Positions 35,545 to 49,902 of a stretch of DNA of 64,000 nucleotides are shown in pieces; the first letter of the stretch is position 1, and every line of letters begins with the position of its first letter. Position numbers and translations under genes: made by a program. The notes under the pieces were generated by a model. The model worked only from the letters and a program-made list of their open reading frames with translations. It did no database searches and had not been told where the DNA came from. The DNA is from Eledone cirrhosa (lineage: Eukaryota), in the NCBI GenBank assembly GCA_964016885.1, contig OZ024750.1, positions 34,038,001 to 34,102,000 of the forward strand, written 5' to 3'.

Positions 35545-36530
35545 CAAGTATGTGTGTGTGTCGTACATACGTATGTGTGCTACATGTGTGTGTGTATGTG
35601 TGGTACATACATGTGTGTGTGTGTGTTGTACATGTGTATTGTTAGTTAAATGTATGTGTATGTGGTACATACATGTTTGTGGTGTGTGTGCTACATGTGG
35701 ATATGTGTTGTACATGCATGTGTATTGTTAGTTAAATGTGGGTGTATGTGGTACATACATGCATGTGTGTGTGTGTTGTACATACATGTGTATTGTTAGT
35801 TAAATGTGTGTGTATGTGGTACATGTTTGTGGTGTATGTGCTACATGTGTATGTGTGCTACATGCATGTGTATTGTTAGTTTAATGTGTGTATATTGTGT
35901 GTGTGTGTGCACGCTACATAATGTGAATTTGTTTGAGGACAACTGGAGAGTTTATCACATTTCCATACATGTTAACCTGGTGAAGCCCATCATTCATCAA
36001 ACAATAGTTTTAAGATAGATTAAACACTACATTAAGCTACACTCCACCACACTATACCACACTCCACTACACCTTACCGCACTCCACTACACCACACTAA
36101 ACTACACTCCACTACACTATACCACACTATACCACACTCCACCACACTATACCACACTCCACCACACTATACCACACTCCACCACACTATAACCACACTC
36201 CACTCCACTATACCACACTCCACTCCACTATACCACATTCCACCACACTACACCACACTCCACCACACGACACTACACTATATCACACTATACCACACTA
36301 CACTATACCACACTACACTACACTATACCACACTACACTACACTATACCACACTACACTACACTATACCACACTACACTACACTGTACCACACTACACTA
36401 CACTATACCACACTACACTACACTATACCACACTACACTACACTATACCACACTACACTACACTATACCACACAGCACTACACTATACCACACTACACTA
36501 CACTATACCACACTCCACCATACTACACAA
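35545..36530. repeat. (TG)-rich tract and (CACTA/CACCA)n pentamer repeat
   Basis: TG-rich 35545-35910; pentamer array 36035-36530. Confidence 0.9.
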
Positions 36531-36679
36531 GCCACCAATAATTTTAATATAAGTTGTAAACTACACTATAGGCTACTAAAACACTAATTATTTAAGATAG
36601 GTTGTACATAACACTACAAGCTCCAAATAGTTTTAATCTACACTCCACTACCAAAACCTTCATTATTTAAGCTGGGTTA

Positions 36680-37320
36680 TACACTAAACTACACTACAAG
36701 CTACCAATAGTTTTAAGATAGGTTGAACACTATACTAAACTACACTACAAGCTACCAATAGTTTTAAGATAGGTTGAACACTATACTAAACTACTCTACA
36801 AGCTACCAATAGTTTTAAGATAGGTTGAACACTATACTAAACTACTCTACAAGCTACCAATAGTTTTAAGATAGGTTGAACACTATACTAAACTACACTA
36901 CAAGCTACCAATAGTTTTAAGATAGGTTGAACACTATACTAAACTACTCTACAAGCTACCAATAGTTTTAAGATAGGTTGAACACTATACTAAACTACTC
37001 TACAAGCTACCAATAGTTTTAAGATAGGTTGAACACTATACTAAACTACACTACAAGCTACCAATAGTTTTAAGATAGGTTGAACACTATACTAAACTAC
37101 ACTACAAGCTACCAATAGTTTTAAGATAGGTTGAACACTATACTAAACTACTCTACAAGCTACCAATAGTTTTAAGATAGGTTGAACACTATACTAAACT
37201 ACACTACAAGCTACCAATAGTTTTAAGATAGGTTGAACACTATACTAAACTACTCTACAAGCTACCAATAGTTTTAAGATAGGTTATAAACTATACTAAA
37301 CTAGACTACAAGCTACCAAA
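36680..37320. repeat. 51-bp minisatellite, ~12 copies
   Basis: ggttgaacactatactaaactacactacaagctaccaatagttttaagata; period 51 (36721, 36772). Confidence 0.96.
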
Positions 37321-37335
37321 ACCTTCATTATTTAA

Positions 37336-37554
37336 CCATTTAGCATTTAATTTACTTTATATTTATTATTGTATTTTTGTGATAAAGACTTTCTCACATA
37401 ATTATCTCACATAATATCAAATCTATGAGATTTTGATATTATTTATTTTGAGAACAATACCTTAACATCGGTATGAGTGGCTAGTTATGGCTGGTTTGAA
37501 CAGAAAGAGGTGAGAGAGTTCTGGCTGGATATGGCTGGTTTAAATGCTAAAGGG
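37336..37554. mobile_element. piggyBac-like MITE (219 bp) with TTAA target-site duplication
   Basis: TTAA-ccatttagcattta ... taaatgctaaaggg-TTAA; empty site cattatTTAAgctgggttatac at ~36661. Confidence 0.88.
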
Positions 37555-38654
37555 TTAAGCTGGGTTATACACTACACTAGATTACAAGCTACGAAAACAG
37601 TCATTATTTAAGATAGGTTATACACTAAACTACACTACAAGCTACCAATAGTTTTAAGATAGGTTATAAACTACACTAAACTACTCTACAGACTACCAAA
37701 ACACTCATTAATTTTGTAGTATTTTAGTTGCTTACAGCTGTAAAGTGTACGGCTGTGAAAGATACATTTATGGCTTGTTGGACTGGATTGGTGTCCATTA
37801 AGTATTTCAGTCATGAAGGTAAATAAGTCAGTCAGCACTCAGGACATTTACTAAGCTATTAGCATTTTGACAGAAATTTCACAGCTTACCTACCTCACTA
37901 CCTACAGCTGTCTGGTGTAATTAGACACAAATATATGCACATATAGGTAAAATTTTAAATAGCCAATAATTGTTATCTAGCCATTCATATCTAAATCCAG
38001 GAGTTTATATTGTAGCACACATGTGCACATGTCTTTGTGCAGGCATGTTCTTATATATATGTATTCAGGTTTAAAATTAACTATATCTTAAAATTATCAT
38101 AATTGATCAGTTCTAGTTGCACTTGCTATACGTGAGAGTAGCTATATGCTATTGCATCTCCCCACCCCTCTCTATTTCTCTCTCTCTCCTCTCTCTTTCT
38201 CTCTATCTCTCCCTCCCTCTCTCCCCCACTCTCTCTCTTTGTCCACCCCCTCTCTCTCTATGCCCCCCCCCCCCCCCTCCACATATCTCTCTCTCCATAT
38301 TAGTTATTAGTTCGTTATCTATTTAATCAAGGAGAAATCTCATTCTGCTGTTTGATAGTAATTTATTTTGAGACTTATCTAGTTACGTGAAATTTCAGTG
38401 CATGCTATAGCCAAATATAGATACTATTTACATATGGTTGCTGGCATTAGTAGCTGTGAAGACCATCTCCCATTTTATACCTAGTATCTTTCTCAAATAT
38501 TTATATAAAAGTCATGTAACAGTCTTTCTGTCACTGGAGGGATTTCTTTCCATTAAAGGGACAAATTCATTTTTTTTTTTACAAATGGATGCCCTTCCTT
38601 CCCACCTTCCTTGGAAGCAGGGGTGAGAGTCCTTTTATTATATTGTTATTATTA

Positions 38655-39090
38655 TTGTGGATTGGCAGTATCGGTAGAGCGCCGGACGCCATGCTTTGAA
38701 ACATAGTTACATCCCTTTATGATCTGAGTTCAAATCCCGCCGAGGTTAACTTTGCCTTTCATCCTTATGGGGTCGATAAAATAAAGTACCAGTCATGCAC
38801 TGGGGTCGATTTAATCGACTTTCCCCTCCCCCCAAATTACTGGCCTTGTGCTTATATAAGAAACCATTATTATTATTATTATTAGATTGGCAGTAATCGG
38901 TAGAGCGTTGGACAACATGTTTTGTGGCATAGAGTTACAGCCTTTTACGTTCTGAGTTCAGATCTCGCCGAGGTTAGCTTTGCCTTTCATCCTTGCGGGC
39001 GTCAATAAAATATAGTACCAGTAACACGCTGGAGTTGATTTAATTGACTCTCCCTTCCCCAAAATTGTGCCCATAGTAGAAATCATTTGG
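38655..39090 (+). mobile_element. Two tandem tRNA-derived SINEs
   Basis: Same family as 40127-40320; the second follows the (ATT)n tail of the first. Confidence 0.9.
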
Positions 39091-39779
39091 TCAATCAAGG
39101 ATGGTGGTAGTGGATAGAATTTGAACTCGTAATCAGTTGACCAAGCAGTCTAACATAGTAAATTCTCAAGCGTTGTATTTCACAGTTTAATTAGACAATT
39201 TAATTGTCAGGTTCCACTGCTTAAAATTTCTCTGAGCGACTCTCACAGAATATTAGCATTGTTGCCGATGACATTCACAGAAAGAAAAAAAAATTGTTAA
39301 AGGTTTTTTTTTTTCTGTTTTAAGACAGCTATTTTATTAATGGTGGCAAGGTGGAAGAGTTTTTGTATATCATTGATCCAGTCTGTTTTTCTCTTGTGTT
39401 ACATGTTTCAACAACCAAAGAAAGAATACCAACATTTCAAGTTATTGATATTTTTTTATTGGTAATATCACTTTTTATATAGAATACTTTTGAACTTTAG
39501 ACATCTCTAGAGAGTTGGCAAAAGTACGCATCTGATCATGAAGGAAAAGTAATTGATTTTATCCTTAATTATCAATAATTCTCTATTGTGTATTTTTCCA
39601 GTTTTGTTTGTAGTGTCATGTATTTTGTTAAGGAAAACAAGACAGTAAAAACTTGTGGTGGTGGCATAAGACTGATGATCTTTGAATTCTTCAAAGTATT
39701 TCTTCAGTGGACTACAAACGATGTCACTACATTGGCAGTCTTCTTGAACAAGGTCAATCTTTAACTCTTAACATGATTT

Positions 39780-40045
39780 AGCTCTGATACTATGAACATG
39801 TGGTTAGAATGTCTCGGGAAAGAATCGCTGGACAGATTTTATGGGCAAAACCAACCGGTAAGAGACCCAGGGGTAGATCTCGAGCAAGATGGTTGGACAA
39901 CATCCATCCATGAGCCTGGCTGGTCATGCTTGGGAATCCAACCGGATCAGTTAGAAATGGTTGCTTCTGACAGGACCTGCTGGAGGGAGTGTTTGAGTAC
40001 TCTGCTCCCACAACCCTCTCGGGAATAAGTGGGCGAAGGAGAAAA
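39780..40045 (+). mobile_element. Rex3-like RTE 3' fragment
   Basis: Homologous to 19380-19650. Confidence 0.8.
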
Positions 40046-40126
40046 AGCTATCTAAAACCCAGGTTTATTAATTCAAATATCTATATTTGACAAATCATTG
40101 TAGAAATATGCACTATTATTAAAATA

Positions 40127-40320
40127 AGGGCGGTGAATTGGCAGTATCGGTAGAGGGTCGGACGCCATGCTTTGACGCATAAAGTTACGGCCCTTGCCAT
40201 TCTGAGTTCAAATCCCGCCGGGGTTAACTTTGCCTTTCATCCTTACGGGGTCGATAAAATAAAATACCAGTAATACACTGGGTAATTGCTGGCCTTGTGC
40301 CCAAAGTAGAAACAATTATT
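40127..40320 (+). mobile_element. Near-complete tRNA-derived SINE
   Basis: A-box tggcagtatcgg, B-box gagttcaaatcc, Nin/Deu-like gcctttcatcct..ggggtcgataaaat, ATT tail. Confidence 0.9.
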
Positions 40321-40431
40321 ACAATAAAGACTCTAATGGCTAATGTGATGCAGTCATAGTGTTGTTTTGTACTTTTCAAGAATATCATGATGTAGTTTCA
40401 TGTGGTACAGGATGTTAAAATTTAATATATA

Positions 40432-40852
40432 CCATACAGGCTGATGTACAAGTCGACATTTGGAGCTTAAAAATATCTTTCCAAAACCAGGGATCGACTT
40501 GTTCGCCAAATATAAAATGTTAACATTTACCACTGAGGGGTGAACAGTGAAATTGCCTGCCTAACACTCGTTGTACACCACTTACCATAACTCTAGCTGC
40601 CCACCACAATTATTTCCTACTGAATCTCATATTTGTTAAGTCTAAACATAGAGATTATTTTACAAATTATATTTTCTTCAGATGCATTTTTATTTTCCAA
40701 CTATTTAGTGTATATTTCCATGTTTTATATTTTGTGCAAATAAAGAATAGCAAGTGCATCTAGGGCTCGGGAGAGGCCTAAATCTGAATTATACCTCAGA
40801 ATTTTAGGGGTCGACCTGTGACCTGGATCAACTTGTACGCCAGCATATATCG
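40432..40852. mobile_element. Tc1/mariner-pogo-like MITE (~420 bp)
   Basis: TA-ccatacaggctgatgtacaagtcga ... tcaacttgtacgccagcatatatcg-TA: imperfect ~25-bp TIRs with TA flanks. Confidence 0.7.
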
Positions 40853-41419
40853 TAGATGTCAAATCCGCATATCCCATTTGATGATAGAAATTATATTAGT
40901 TTGTATTGCATCAGCTGTTATCAAATTCAAGGTATTTGTATCTTTGAAGTATACTGAAAGTATTTTATTGTATTGAATGTGAGCTTATACTTGGGTCACA
41001 AATAAGGGGGTGGGGAATATGGGATTTCTTGATACATTCTTTTTTTATTATATATAATGTTTTTTAATGTAAAATAAAATATTATTAGATTCTCCAGCTG
41101 CTGTATCAATATGAATCATTTACAATAATCTGGAAAAAAATCTGAGAAATGAATAAGTGGCGGGGAGGTTTGATTATTTAAGACCCCAGAGTATGTGATA
41201 ATTAATAGCCCTTGCTCTTTCCCTCCTTTTCTTATTTATGGTATTTATATTCCTATATAGCCAGATCTGCCATTCTTTACCCCTTCCCCCTTTTTTCCAT
41301 TATTTATATGATTAATTATAGAAACTTAAATATTTATTTAATCTGCATATTTTTTTGGTTTGGTTTGTTTTGCTTTATTAATAAGCTAATTTATCTCTTA
41401 GTAATCTCTGGGAACACAA

Positions 41420-41660
41420 CGTGGTTTACTTCACAATCCTACTGTTTGGTATCTTGGGCAAGTCCCTTCTTTTATAGTCTCGAGTTGACCCTTGCCTTGT
41501 GAGTAAAATTGGGTAAACAGAAACTGTGTGGAAGCCTGTCAGATGAACTGTAGCTGTAATTCAAAGATTCAGCCTTTTTACATAGTGTTATGCAGAGTCT
41601 CCCTGAAACGTTAAGGATACATGTGTCTGTGGAATACTCAACCACTTGCACAATTTCATG
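41420..41660 (+). mobile_element. Decayed CORE-type SINE
   Basis: cttgggcaagtc..ttgacc..gccttgtgagt..gaaactg..gaagcctgtc; same family as 2920-3305. Confidence 0.6.
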
Positions 41661-41674
41661 AATATGTTCTTATA

Positions 41675-44600
41675 ATGATTTCAAATACTTTGATGGCTGG
41701 CTCAGGTGACTCAGATACTTTGATGGCTAGCTTAGATGACTTCAAATACTTTGATGGCTGGCTCAGGTGACTCAGATACTTGGATGGATGGCTCAGGTGA
41801 CTCAGATACTTGGATGGATGGCTTGGGTGACTCAAATACTTTGATGGCTGGCTCAGGTGACTCAGATACTTTGATGGCTGGCTTGGGTGACTTCAAATAC
41901 TTTGATGGCTGGCTCAGGTGACTCAGATACTTGGATGGATGGCTTAGGTGACTTCAAATACTTTGATGGCTGGCTTGGGTGACTCAAATACTTTGATGGC
42001 TGGCTTGGGTGACTCAGATACTTTGATGGCTGGCTTAGATGACTTCAAGTACTTTGATGGCTGGCTCAGGTGATTCAGATACTTTGATGGCTGGCTCAGG
42101 TGACTGATACTTTGATGGCTGGCTTAGGTGACTCAGATACTTTGATGGCTGGCTTAGGTGACTTCAAATACTTTGATGGCTGGCTCAGGTGATTCAGATA
42201 CTTTGATGGCTGGCTTGGGTGACTTCAAATACTTTGATGGCTGGCTTGGGTGACTCAGATACTTTGATGGCTGGCTTGGGTGATTCAGATACTTTGATGG
42301 CTGGATTGGGTGACTTCAAATACTTTGATGGCTGGCTTGGGTGACTCAGATACTTTGATGGCTGGCTTGGGTGATTCAGATACTTTGATGGCTGGATTGG
42401 GTGACTTCAAATACTTTGATGGCTGGATTGGGTGACTCAGATACTTTGATGGCTGGCTTAGGTGACTCAGATACTTTGATGGCTGGATTGGGTGACTTCA
42501 AATACTTTGATGGCTGGCTTGGGTGACTCAGATACTTTGATGGCTGGCTTAGGTGACTCAGATACTTTGATGGCTGGATTGGGTGACTCAGATACTTTGA
42601 TGGCTGGATTGGGTGACTTCAAATACTTTGATGGCTGGCTTGGGTGACTCAGATACTTTGATGGCTGGCTTGGGTGACTCAGATACTTTGATGGCTGGCT
42701 TGGGTGACTCAGATACTTTGATGGCTGGCTTAGGTGACTCAGATACTTTGATGGCTGGATTGGGTGACTTCAAATACTTTGATGGCTGGCTTGGGTGACT
42801 CAGATACTTTGATGGCTGGCTCAGGTGATTCAGATACTTTGATGGCTGGCTTGGGTGACTTCAAATACTTTGATGGCTGGCTTGGGTGACTTCAAATACT
42901 TTGATGGCTGGCTTGGGTGACTCAGATACTTTGATGGCTGGATTGGGTGACTTCAAATACTTTGATGGCTGGCTTGGGTGACTCAGATACTTTGATGGCT
43001 GGCTTGGGTGATTCAGATACTTTGATGGCTGGCTTGGGTGACTTCAAATACTTTGATGGCTGGCTTGGGTGACTCAGATACTTTGATGGCTGGCTTAGTT
43101 GACTTCAAATACTTTGATGGCTGGATTGGGTGACTCAGATACTTTGATGGCTGGCTTGGGTAATTCAGATATTTTGATGGCTGGCTTGGGTGACTTCAAA
43201 TACTTTGATGGCTGGCTTAGGTGACTTCAAATACTTTGATGGCTGGATTGGGTGACTTCAAATACTTTGATGGCTGGCTTGGGTGACTCAGATACTTGGA
43301 TGGCTGGCTTAGTTGACTTCAAGTACTTTGATGGCTGGCTTGGGTGACTCAGATACTTGGATGGCTGGCTTGGGTGACTTCAAATACTTTGATGGCTGGC
43401 TTGGGTTGATGGCTGGCTCAGGTGATTCAGATACTTTGATGGCTGGCTCAGGTGATTCAGATACTTTGATGGCTGGCTTAGGTGATTCAGATACTTTGAT
43501 GGCTGGCTCAGGTGATTCAGATACTTTGATGGCTGGCTTGGGTGACTTCAAATACTTTGATGGCTGGCTTGGGTGACTCAGATGCTTTGATGGCTGGCTT
43601 AGGTGACTTCAAATACTTTGATGGCTGGCTTGGGTGACTCAGATACTTTGATGGCTGGCTTAGGTGATTCAGATACTTTGATGGCTGGCTCAGGTGATTC
43701 AGATACTTTGATGGCTGGCTTAGGTGATTCAGATACTTTGATGGTTGGCTTGGGTGACTTCAAATACTTTGATGGCTGGCTTGGGTGACTCAGATGCTTT
43801 GATGGCTGGCTTAGGTGACTTCAAATACTTTGATGGCTGGCTTGGGTGACTCAGATACTTTGATGGCTGGCTTGGGTGACTTCAAATACTTTGATGGCTG
43901 GCTTGGGTGACTCAGATGCTTTGATGGCTGGCTTAGGTGACTTCAAATACTTTGATGGCTGGCTTGGGTGACTCAGATACTTTGATGGCTGGCTTGGGTG
44001 ACTTCAAATACTTTGATGGCTGGGTTTGGGTGACTCAGATACTTTGATGGCTGGCTTGGGTGACTCAGATACTTTGATGGCTGGCTCAGGTGATTCAGAT
44101 ACTTTGATGGCTGGCTTGGGTGACTCAGATACTTTGATGGCTGGCTCAGGTGATTCAGATGCTTTGATGGCTGGCTTGGGTGACTTCAAATACTTTGATG
44201 GCTGGCTTGGGTGACTCAGATACTTTGATGGCTGGCTTGGGTGACTCAGATACTTTGATGGCTGGCTTGGGTGACTCAGATACTTTGATGGCTGGCTTGG
44301 GTGACTTCAAATACTTTGATGGCTGGCTTGGGTGACTCAGATACTTTGATGGCTGGCTTGGGTGATTCAAATACTTTGATGGCTGGCTTAGGTGACTTCA
44401 AATACTTTGATGGCTGGCTTGGGTGACTCAGATACTTTGATGGCTGGCTTGGGTGACTTCAAATACTTTGATGGCTGGCTTGGGTGATTCAGATACTTTG
44501 ATGGCTGGCTTCGGTGACTCAAATACTTTGATGGCTGGCTTGGGTGACTCAGATACTTTGATGGCTGGCTTGGGTGACTTCAAATACTTTGATGGCTGGC

Positions 44601-45358
44601 TTGGGTGATTCAGATACTTTGATGGCTGGCTTGGGTGATTCAGATACTTTGATGGCTGGCTTGGGTGACTCAGATACTTTGATGGCTGGTTTGGGTGATT
44701 CAGATACTTTGATGGCTGGCTTGGGTGATTCAGATACTTTGATGGCTGGCTTGGGTGATTCAGATACTTTGATGGCTGGCTTGGGTGACTCAGATACTTT
44801 GATGGCTGGTTTGGGTGATTCAGATACTTTGATGGCTGGCTTGGGTGATTCAGATACTTTGATGGCTGGCTTGGGTGACTTCAAATACTTTGATGGCTGG
44901 CTTGGGTGACTCAGATACTTTGATGGCTGGCTTAGGTGACTCAGATACTTTGATGGCTGGCTTGGGTGACTCAGATACTTGGATGGCTGGCTTGGGTGAC
45001 TCAGATACTTTGATGGCTGGCTTGGGTGACTCAGATACTTGGATGGCTGGCTTGGGTGACTTCAAATACTTTGATGGCTGGCTTGGGTGACTCAGATACT
45101 TTGATGGCTGGCTTAGGTGACTCAGATACTTTGATGGCTGGCTTAGGTGACTCAGATACTTTGATGGCTGGCTCAGGTGACTCAGATACTTTGATGGCTG
45201 GCTCAGGTGACTGATACTTGGATGGCTGGCTTGGGTGACTCAGATACTTTGATGGCTGGCTTGGGTGATTCAGATACTTTGATGGCTGACTTGGGTGACT
45301 CAGAAACTTGGATGGCTGGCTCAGGTGACTGATACTTTGATGGCTGGCTTGGGTGACT
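41675..45358. repeat. 30/31-bp satellite, ~120 copies
   Basis: gatactttgatggctggcttgggtgactca (30 bp) mixed with a ..gacttcaaatact.. (31 bp) variant. Confidence 0.97.
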
Positions 45359-45409
45359 TGGTTTTCTGACCACTCCTAGCAGTTTTCTTTTTCCTTTTGT
45401 GTGTATTGT

Positions 45410-45680
45410 TTTGGTGGATGAGTGGAGTATCACCGAGAGAGAGAGAGAATGACTTGGGAATAGAGCTACTGTTGAATGTATTGAGGAGAAATAGAATGAG
45501 ATGTTTGGGTCATGTGTTGAGGAAGGACAAAAGGGATTAGGTGGGAGGAGAGGTGAAAATAAAAATGAAAGGAGGAATAAAGACATGGCTAAAAATGGAG
45601 GAGAAAGTGAAATCCAGGGGTCTGAGGAGGAAGGGATGTAGGTGATAAAGACAAATGTAGAAGCTTGTCATGGGACCCAC
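45410..45680 (+). mobile_element. Old RTE C-terminal coding remnant
   Basis: ttgaggagaaatagaatgagatgtttgggtcatgtgttgagg = LRRNRMRCLGHVLR, resembling RTE RRLRWFGHV. Confidence 0.55.
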
Positions 45681-47594
45681 ATTATTTTCTAATTACCATA
45701 TATAGTCATGTAAATCCCAGTACTAGATAAGCGACACTTTTTTTGTGTATATAATATTTTAACTTTATTATTTAATGATTTGAAGCCTATGCCAGTTTGG
45801 AAGAACTGATGATGATGATGATGGGAACAAAGGTTGATAGATAAGTCACAGCCTGTTGCACCTGATATTTAGAAAAATGTTCTTTATATTAAAAACTACA
45901 ATTTATCTACAAGTATAGCCTGTATATTATATTCATATCATTAAAATCAAAGTCTTTGTAAACAAACATTTGTAAGTTTTATCATTTCTAGAATATACAG
46001 AGTGACACACAAGTCATGCACCAGTAAAATAACACTTTTGCCTTAATATTTTTATATGTTGTTTTTGTAAGTTAATATGATAAATGTTCATAAAATGATT
46101 ATTAGGGTGCTTTATGACTCTTGTGCCACCCTGTATATTAAATTAACTAATCATGAAATAGGAATTAAAGTTTGTAGTTTTTCATAGATTTCATGTTTTA
46201 AGTATTAAAATAGTATATATACAAAAATGAGAAAATTGATTGCTCGAACAGCAGTTAAAACAGCTAAAGTCTGTCAAAGATAACTATGGGCAAAAATACC
46301 CCAGAGGACAGAGACCAGTGTCCAGTGGTCAACAGAGAGACAATCAACAGGGTGGGTGACAGGCAGATGAAATAGAAAAAAGATTGAAAGAGGAGGGGGA
46401 CAAGGAGAAGTGTGTTGGAGTACAGAAGTGATTGATAAAGCATTGTGGGATATATGACTGAAAAGTGTTTCAGAAAGCTGGTACAATGCTGTAGAAATAT
46501 ATAAAGGTGAATGGATGACAAATAAAACAAAAGAAAGTAATATTTTTATCACACAGTATATTTCAACATATTTCTTAAGTATTAGAATTGATAAAATAAT
46601 GAGAAAAACTCAACAGAAGAATAGCTGCTAAAACAGCAAAATACTGTCAAGTATTAGTTAAATATAAACATATTTTAGTTTTATTTCTCATTTACTATTT
46701 CATTTATATTTAAGTTTAGAAAACAACTATACACTGTTTTCTTTAGTTTTATTTGTTTTTAACCATAGCAATATCTAACTATTCTGAGGTTGTCAATAGA
46801 TATTCTCATTTAAGAAAGAATTCAGTGCAAAGTAGTTTTTTTGTTTTCTTCATCACACATGTTTATTGGTATGCCATATAATTTGTGAAGTTAGACAAAT
46901 AGTGTGAAGGAAATATAGATACACGAAACAGTAAATTGAACAAGTAATTCTTTGTAAAATGCTGAAAGAAACATAGAACTTGAGAAAATAAATGAATAAA
47001 CCATGGTTGCTGGATGTTAAATTTAATTTGAAAAAAGAAAAAAGTTAAAAGAAAAAAAAAAACCAACCTTCTCCTTTTGAAAAGAAGATTATGGAAGATT
47101 AAATTTACTTCATTGATAAGTTAGAATTAGAGAGCAGCAGAATATTTATAGAATTTTAGAAAATTGAATTCCTTATTGACTCAATTGATGTGGAGGAAGT
47201 ATTTATAATGCATTGCTTTTTTTCTTTTGTTAGTCTGTCTTAATAGCAGTGTGAGAGGACTGTTAACATATTATCTTCACTTCAGGAAATGAAATGGTAG
47301 GTCTCGGTAGGTAGATGTGTGTAGGGATGTGTGTGTGGGTAGGTAGGTAGGTGTGTGTGTGTGTGTAGGTAGGTCTGTGTGTGTGTAGGTAGGTCTGTGT
47401 ATGTGTGCATTGATTTGTATGTAGGTCTGTGTATAGGTAGATCTGTGTGTATGTGTCTCTAGGTCTGTGTGTATTTGAGTGTGTGTGTAGGTCTGTATGT
47501 GTGTTTAGGTCTGTGTATAGGTAGATCTGTGTATTTGTGTGTGTAGGTCTGTGTGAGTGTGTAATACAGAGTTTGTTTCTGTTAAAAGTATGAA

Positions 47595-47850
47595 CATTCG
47601 AGGTCAACTTTGCCTTTCATCCTTACGGGGTCGATAAAATAAAGTACCAGTAATGTACTGGGACAATTGCTGGCCTTGTGCCAAAAGTAGAAACAATAAT
47701 TTACTAGACACTTGGACAGGTAATGGTAAAAACAAATTTTGACATCCTTACGAGGTCAATAAACAAAGCACCAATAACAAAGTGGGGTCGATTTAATTGA
47801 CTTTCCCCTCCCCCCAAATTGTTGGCCCTGTGCCTAAATCAGAGATAATT
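47595..47850 (+). mobile_element. Two partial SINE copies
   Basis: gaggtcaactttgcctttcatccttacggggtcgataaaataaagtaccag. Confidence 0.85.
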
Positions 47851-47994
47851 ATTTTGTGACTCCTTGGTTGTTATGGCGAGTGAAGTGGGGCGGGTTTAGT
47901 AATATTGCAATAGTTTTAATATTGGGAATGATTTTAAGCTCCAGAAATTTACCTGCAGCAATTCTACAGGTTTACTGATATATTTAATGAAAGT

Positions 47995-48162
47995 GTGTAT
48001 CTTGTTGGTCCAGGTAGTTAACGAGTGTCTTTGTTGGTCCAGGTGGTTAACGAGTGTCTTGTTGGTCCAGGTAGTTAACGAGTGTCTTTGTTGGTCCAGG
48101 TAGTTAACGAGTGTCTTGTTGGTCCAGGTGGTTAACGAGTGTCTTGTTGGTCCAGGTGGTTA
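47995..48162. repeat. 28/29-bp minisatellite, ~6 copies
   Basis: gtgtcttgttggtccaggt(a/g)gttaacga. Confidence 0.9.
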
Positions 48163-49251
48163 ACAACAAAAAGCACCCAGCCCACACTGTAAAGTGGTCA
48201 TGTAGGTGTCACAAAAGAAAAGCACCCAGCCCACACTGTAAAGTTGTCATGTAGGTGTCATGACAAAAAGCACCCAGCCCACACTTTAAAGTTGTCATGC
48301 AAGTGTCACAACAAAAAGCCCCCAGTCCATACTGTAAAGTTGTCATGTAGGTGTCACAACAAAAAGCACCCAGCCCACACTGTAAAGTTGTCATGTAAGT
48401 GTCACAACAAAAAGCACCCAGCCCACACTGTAAAGTTGTCATGTAAGTGTCATGACAAAAAGCACCCAGCCCACACTGTAAAGTGGTCATGTAGGTGTCA
48501 CAACAAAAAGCACCCAGCCCACACTGTAAAGTTGTCATGTAAGTGTCACAAAAAAAAGGCACCCAGCCCACACTGTAAAGTGGTCATGTAGGTGTCACAA
48601 CAAAAAGCACCCAGCTCACACTGTAAAGTTGTCATGTAAGTATCACAACAAAAAGCACCCAGCCCACACTGTAAAGTTGTCATGTAGGTGTCATGACAAA
48701 AAGCACCCAGCCCACACTGTAAAGTTGTCATGCAAGTGTCACAACAAAAAGCACCCAGTCCATACTGTAAAGTTGTCATGTAGGTGTCACAACAAAAAGC
48801 ACCCAGCCCACACTGTAAAGTTGTCATGTAGGTGTCACAACAAAAAGCACCCAGCCCACACTGTAAAGTTGTCATGCAAGTGTCACAACAAAAAGCACCC
48901 AGTCCATACTGTAAAGTTGTCATGTAGGTGTCACAACAAAAAGCACCCAGCCCACACTGTAAAGTTGTCATGTAGGTGTCACAACAAAAAGCACCCAGCC
49001 CACACTGTAAAGTTGTCATGTAGGTGTCACAACAAAAAGCACCCAGCCCACACTGTAAAGTTGTCATGTAAGTTTCACAACAAAAAGCACCCAGCCCACA
49101 CTGTAAAGTTGTCTTGTAAGTGTCACAAAAAAAGGCACCCAGCCCACTCTGTAAAGTTGTCATGTAAGTGTCACAACAAAAAGCACCCAGCCCACTCTGT
49201 AAAGTTGTCATGTAAGTGTCACAACAAAAAGCACCCAGCCCACACTGTAAA
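48163..49251. repeat. 48-bp minisatellite derived from the RTE 3'UTR, ~22 copies
   Basis: caacaaaaagcacccagcccacactgtaaagttgtcatgtaggtgtca; matches the reverse complement of 3735-3800. Confidence 0.95.
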
Positions 49252-49504
49252 GAGGTCTTTTAGTACCAATTCTTTAGTTTATGAAGGATCCTCCTATGAT
49301 ATCTTTTATTTAACAATATTGTATTTCTTTGATGCATTTTGTTATCAAGAAAAAGAAATATATTTTGAAGAATAGAATGATACAATAGTTATTAACATTT
49401 ACAAAAGATGGTGTATCTGTTTAATGAAATAAAAATAACTTCCTGGTGGTGTGGAAGGAACTAAATTAAGTTTGAATCTATATTTGTAACTAATTTACTT
49501 CCCT

Positions 49505-49902
49505 TAACCGGCCCTATCCACCTAGAATTCTCTTACCTTTTTCTATTTAAACCGGCTGTAACTGGCCACTCATACTGATGTCAAGGTATTGTTCTCAAAA
49601 TAAATACATCAAAATCTTGTAGATTTCATATTATGTGAGGTAAAGCCTTTACCATGAAAATACAATAGTATTTAAACCAGCCATATCCGGCCAGAATTTT
49701 CTCGCCTCTTTCTGTTCAAACCAGCTGTAACTGGCCACTCATAGTGATGTTAAGTTCAAAATAAATAATATCAAAATCTCATAGATTCAATATTATGTGA
49801 TATAATTATGTAAGATAAAGCCTTTACCTTGAAAATATAATAGTATATATTAGAGTAATGTAAATGTTAAAATGATAAAGTAATGTAAATGTTAAAGGGT
49901 TA
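49505..49902. mobile_element. Tandem dimer of the piggyBac-like MITE
   Basis: Two passes of gaattctc..ctggccactcata..tattatgtga; ends aaatgttaaagggTTAA. Confidence 0.75.

Noticed and set aside
41736-45586. Repeat-protein-like ORFs (SESPKPAIKV / MAGLGDSDTL)
   Set aside because: 31-bp variants shift the frame frequently; this is a satellite.
48546-49375. Cys/His-rich 16-aa repeat ORFs resembling zinc fingers
   Set aside because: The unit is RTE 3'UTR sequence; a 48-bp period keeps frames open by chance.
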